This document shows, one piece after another, positions 62,157 through 64,000 of a stretch of 64,000 nt of DNA. Position 1 is the first letter of the stretch; each line of letters starts with the position of its first letter. The notes beneath the pieces are model-generated. The model saw only the letters and a program-made list of their open reading frames with translations, was not told the origin of the DNA and did no database searches. The stretch comes from Xylographa opegraphella (Eukaryota). The translations under genes were made by a program, and so were the position numbers. The stretch covers positions 1 through 64,000 of the forward strand of contig JALDZX010000081.1 of the NCBI GenBank assembly GCA_022813865.1, given 5' to 3'.

Positions 62157-64000
62157 TTAGTCAATGTACCACGCCTGAGATGCGTCGTATCCCTGCGCAA
62201 CATAGTCGTGCCAAAAAAAGTCAAGAACGAGACCCGCGAGGCAGGCCATGTCAGTCGTTTTCAGAGACAGATTCATCGCCGCTGTTACATCCCGGTCCCG
62301 AAGTTTCTCCTCGGTCAACGCTTTGACAAAGCTCTTCATATCCTTAACGGCGGCTTCCATTTCCTTGCTGTTCTGTTGGTCTTGGCGCTGCAATTCATCC
62401 ATTCTCCTCGTCGGTAGGATTGATCGTGCTGCGGTCGCAATCTGCTCTACCGTGTCGAAGACTAGAGTCATACTGGTATCGAGACGCCATAGAAGGACTA
62501 GTACGGGCCGGTGTATCTGGCAGATACCACTTGATAGGGTCTTAATCCGCCCCATCAATGCCTCGGCGGTTTTGTCCTTCGCTGAGTTCATCACCTGCAA
62601 TATTCCGCAGGGTCCTGAGTCAACAAGCTCGTGGACTGTGCCGTAGACAGTATTCTTGCTATTCGACATCTGCAACGGTATATCTCTATTGTACGGTCTC
62701 ACAGAAAACCCATAACGTTCGGCGGATTCTCCATCCCGGAAGGTCATGAGCGGAAAATTCGTATTAACGAGTCCCAAGGATTGCCAAGGATTCTGTAGTA
62801 GACCATCATCCCAGTGCCTATTGCTGATTATGTAGCCTGAGCACTTGACAAGGAGCCCATTTTTATCGGGCTGTCCTAGAACTGGATCACTCCAGTAGAC
62901 AATTCTCTGCCCGCCCCGATATGCGACGCCTTCATCGAGAAGTGTCTTTGGAGCCCATCGGAATCCCTCTGTTTCCAACCTCGTGTAGCCTAAGGTGAGT
63001 ATACTCTGAGGTATTCCGCCATACTTCTTGGCGATGAGCTCCCATAGCTTGCACATCCTAGCCTCGTGTTCTGCAGGCACTGCTACAATCTCCCTGAGAT
63101 TGAGGTCTAAAAGCGTAGTTATGCACAATGCTTCATCTGCTGGAACGCTCACAGCACGGCGCGATAATGCATAATCCAGTGTCAAAAGTTCTTGCCCGAT
63201 CTTGGGATTTGCCGGATCCTCGGGGTTATATATTCCAAGCCACTGAAACTGGTTGACAAGATCGTGATAGATAATCATTGCTCTGACATCTTCATAACCT
63301 TCGAGGAAAAGTCCGTTCTTTAAAACAGCGAAGTCCTCGGCTTGGTCATGGAATTGGAACCACAGACTTTTGGCCAGGACGCCCTCTTGCGAAGTCCACA
63401 GTCTTGATGTCCAGCTCGAAGAAAACACGCGCAACAGCACCTCATGAAAGCTCGTCGTTTCCAGCGTGATTGTTTGCAAAGTAGCATCGAGGACAAGAAC
63501 GAGAGCTGCGTTGCTGTATGTTTCCCGTAATTGAAGGATAGAAGTACTTTTCGCCTGGGACTCCTCACTCGGGCAGCATAACGTATCGATCCAGATGAGA
63601 GACTCCTCAAGTTCTACATGACTATTCGCTGCAAATGAGCTACAGTCCTCCTTCAGTGATGATCCTAAATTTCTTGATGCAAAAGCCTTTGATTGCAAAG
63701 CCACGGCTACCTTTCTAAGGTTCACAAGTTGACATATAGGTAAAGAGTTTGATAAGGGATTTCCCAGGCCGTCCACCCAAACATGTGAGAAAGCAATATA
63801 CTTTGTGTCGGTAGTGGACCTGATGGCTTGCACTCGCAACGACGGTCCATCTTCTGTGATCTTAATTAATGGCAAACCACCTTCATTTAAAATGTGCCGA
63901 ACGGTAATAGCCAGATCGGCATCATTATAATCGAGGCACGAACACTGTTGATCCCTATGCTTAGTAACGTAAGTGCGAGGTTTTGTTTGGTTCCATTGGC
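62157..64000 (-). CDS. HET-domain (heterokaryon incompatibility) protein, 5' part beyond the window
   Basis: YIAFSHVWVDGLGNP..NSLPICQL, WIDTLCCP, Y..A..VLVLD, SSWTSRLWTSQE. The frame stays open to position 64000 (..YVTKHRDQQCSC..). Confidence 0.92.
   Translation of the reverse strand, partial: QWNQTKPRTYVTKHRDQQCSCLDYNDADLAITVRHILNEGGLPLIKITEDGPSLRVQAIRSTTDTKYIAFSHVWVDGLGNPLSNSLPICQLVNLRKVAVALQSKAFASRNLGSSLKEDCSSFAANSHVELEESLIWIDTLCCPSEESQAKSTSILQLRETYSNAALVLVLDATLQTITLETTSFHEVLLRVFSSSWTSRLWTSQEGVLAKSLWFQFHDQAEDFAVLKNGLFLEGYEDVRAMIIYHDLVNQFQWLGIYNPEDPANPKIGQELLTLDYALSRRAVSVPADEALCITTLLDLNLREIVAVPAEHEARMCKLWELIAKKYGGIPQSILTLGYTRLETEGFRWAPKTLLDEGVAYRGGQRIVYWSDPVLGQPDKNGLLVKCSGYIISNRHWDDGLLQNPWQSLGLVNTNFPLMTFRDGESAERYGFSVRPYNRDIPLQMSNSKNTVYGTVHELVDSGPCGILQVMNSAKDKTAEALMGRIKTLSSGICQIHRPVLVLLWRLDTSMTLVFDTVEQIATAARSILPTRRMDELQRQDQQNSKEMEAAVKDMKSFVKALTEEKLRDRDVTAAMNLSLKTTDMACLAGLVLDFFWHDYVAQGYDASQAWYID

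Overview
Eukaryotic DNA from a filamentous ascomycete (Pezizomycotina). Short GT-AG introns with CTRAC/CTRAT branch sites split most genes, so the ORF track fragments them. About 17 apparently intact genes are supported: acyl-CoA synthetase, Zn2Cys6 transcription factor, HAL/PTK2-type kinase, SSK1 response regulator head-to-head with a PAS hybrid histidine kinase, 2OG-Fe(II) oxygenase, ACR3, Whi3/Scw1-like RRM protein, CCDC97-like protein, membrane spermidine-synthase-like protein, an orphan secreted protein, an Rds1-like ferritin-fold protein, the block RAX1-RAD1-GCN5-CSN7-CCC2, and a HET-domain gene cut by the window end. Accessory or decayed material lies between them: two multi-lesion pseudogenes, a HeLo-like/ankyrin gene with a broken splice acceptor, a kinase-like relic, a 13-bp minisatellite spanning an assembly gap, and an AT-rich left edge. 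The least explained signals are (i) a minus-strand unit at about 3.4-4.7 kb with three long introns and 7-nt and 29-nt microexons but no recognisable protein, (ii) a GTAAGGTAGGTACC-type motif family recurring upstream of several genes, and (iii) the adjacent histidine kinase/response regulator pair. All family calls come from motif recognition by eye; no searches were run, and I cannot establish that any of these is a new system.
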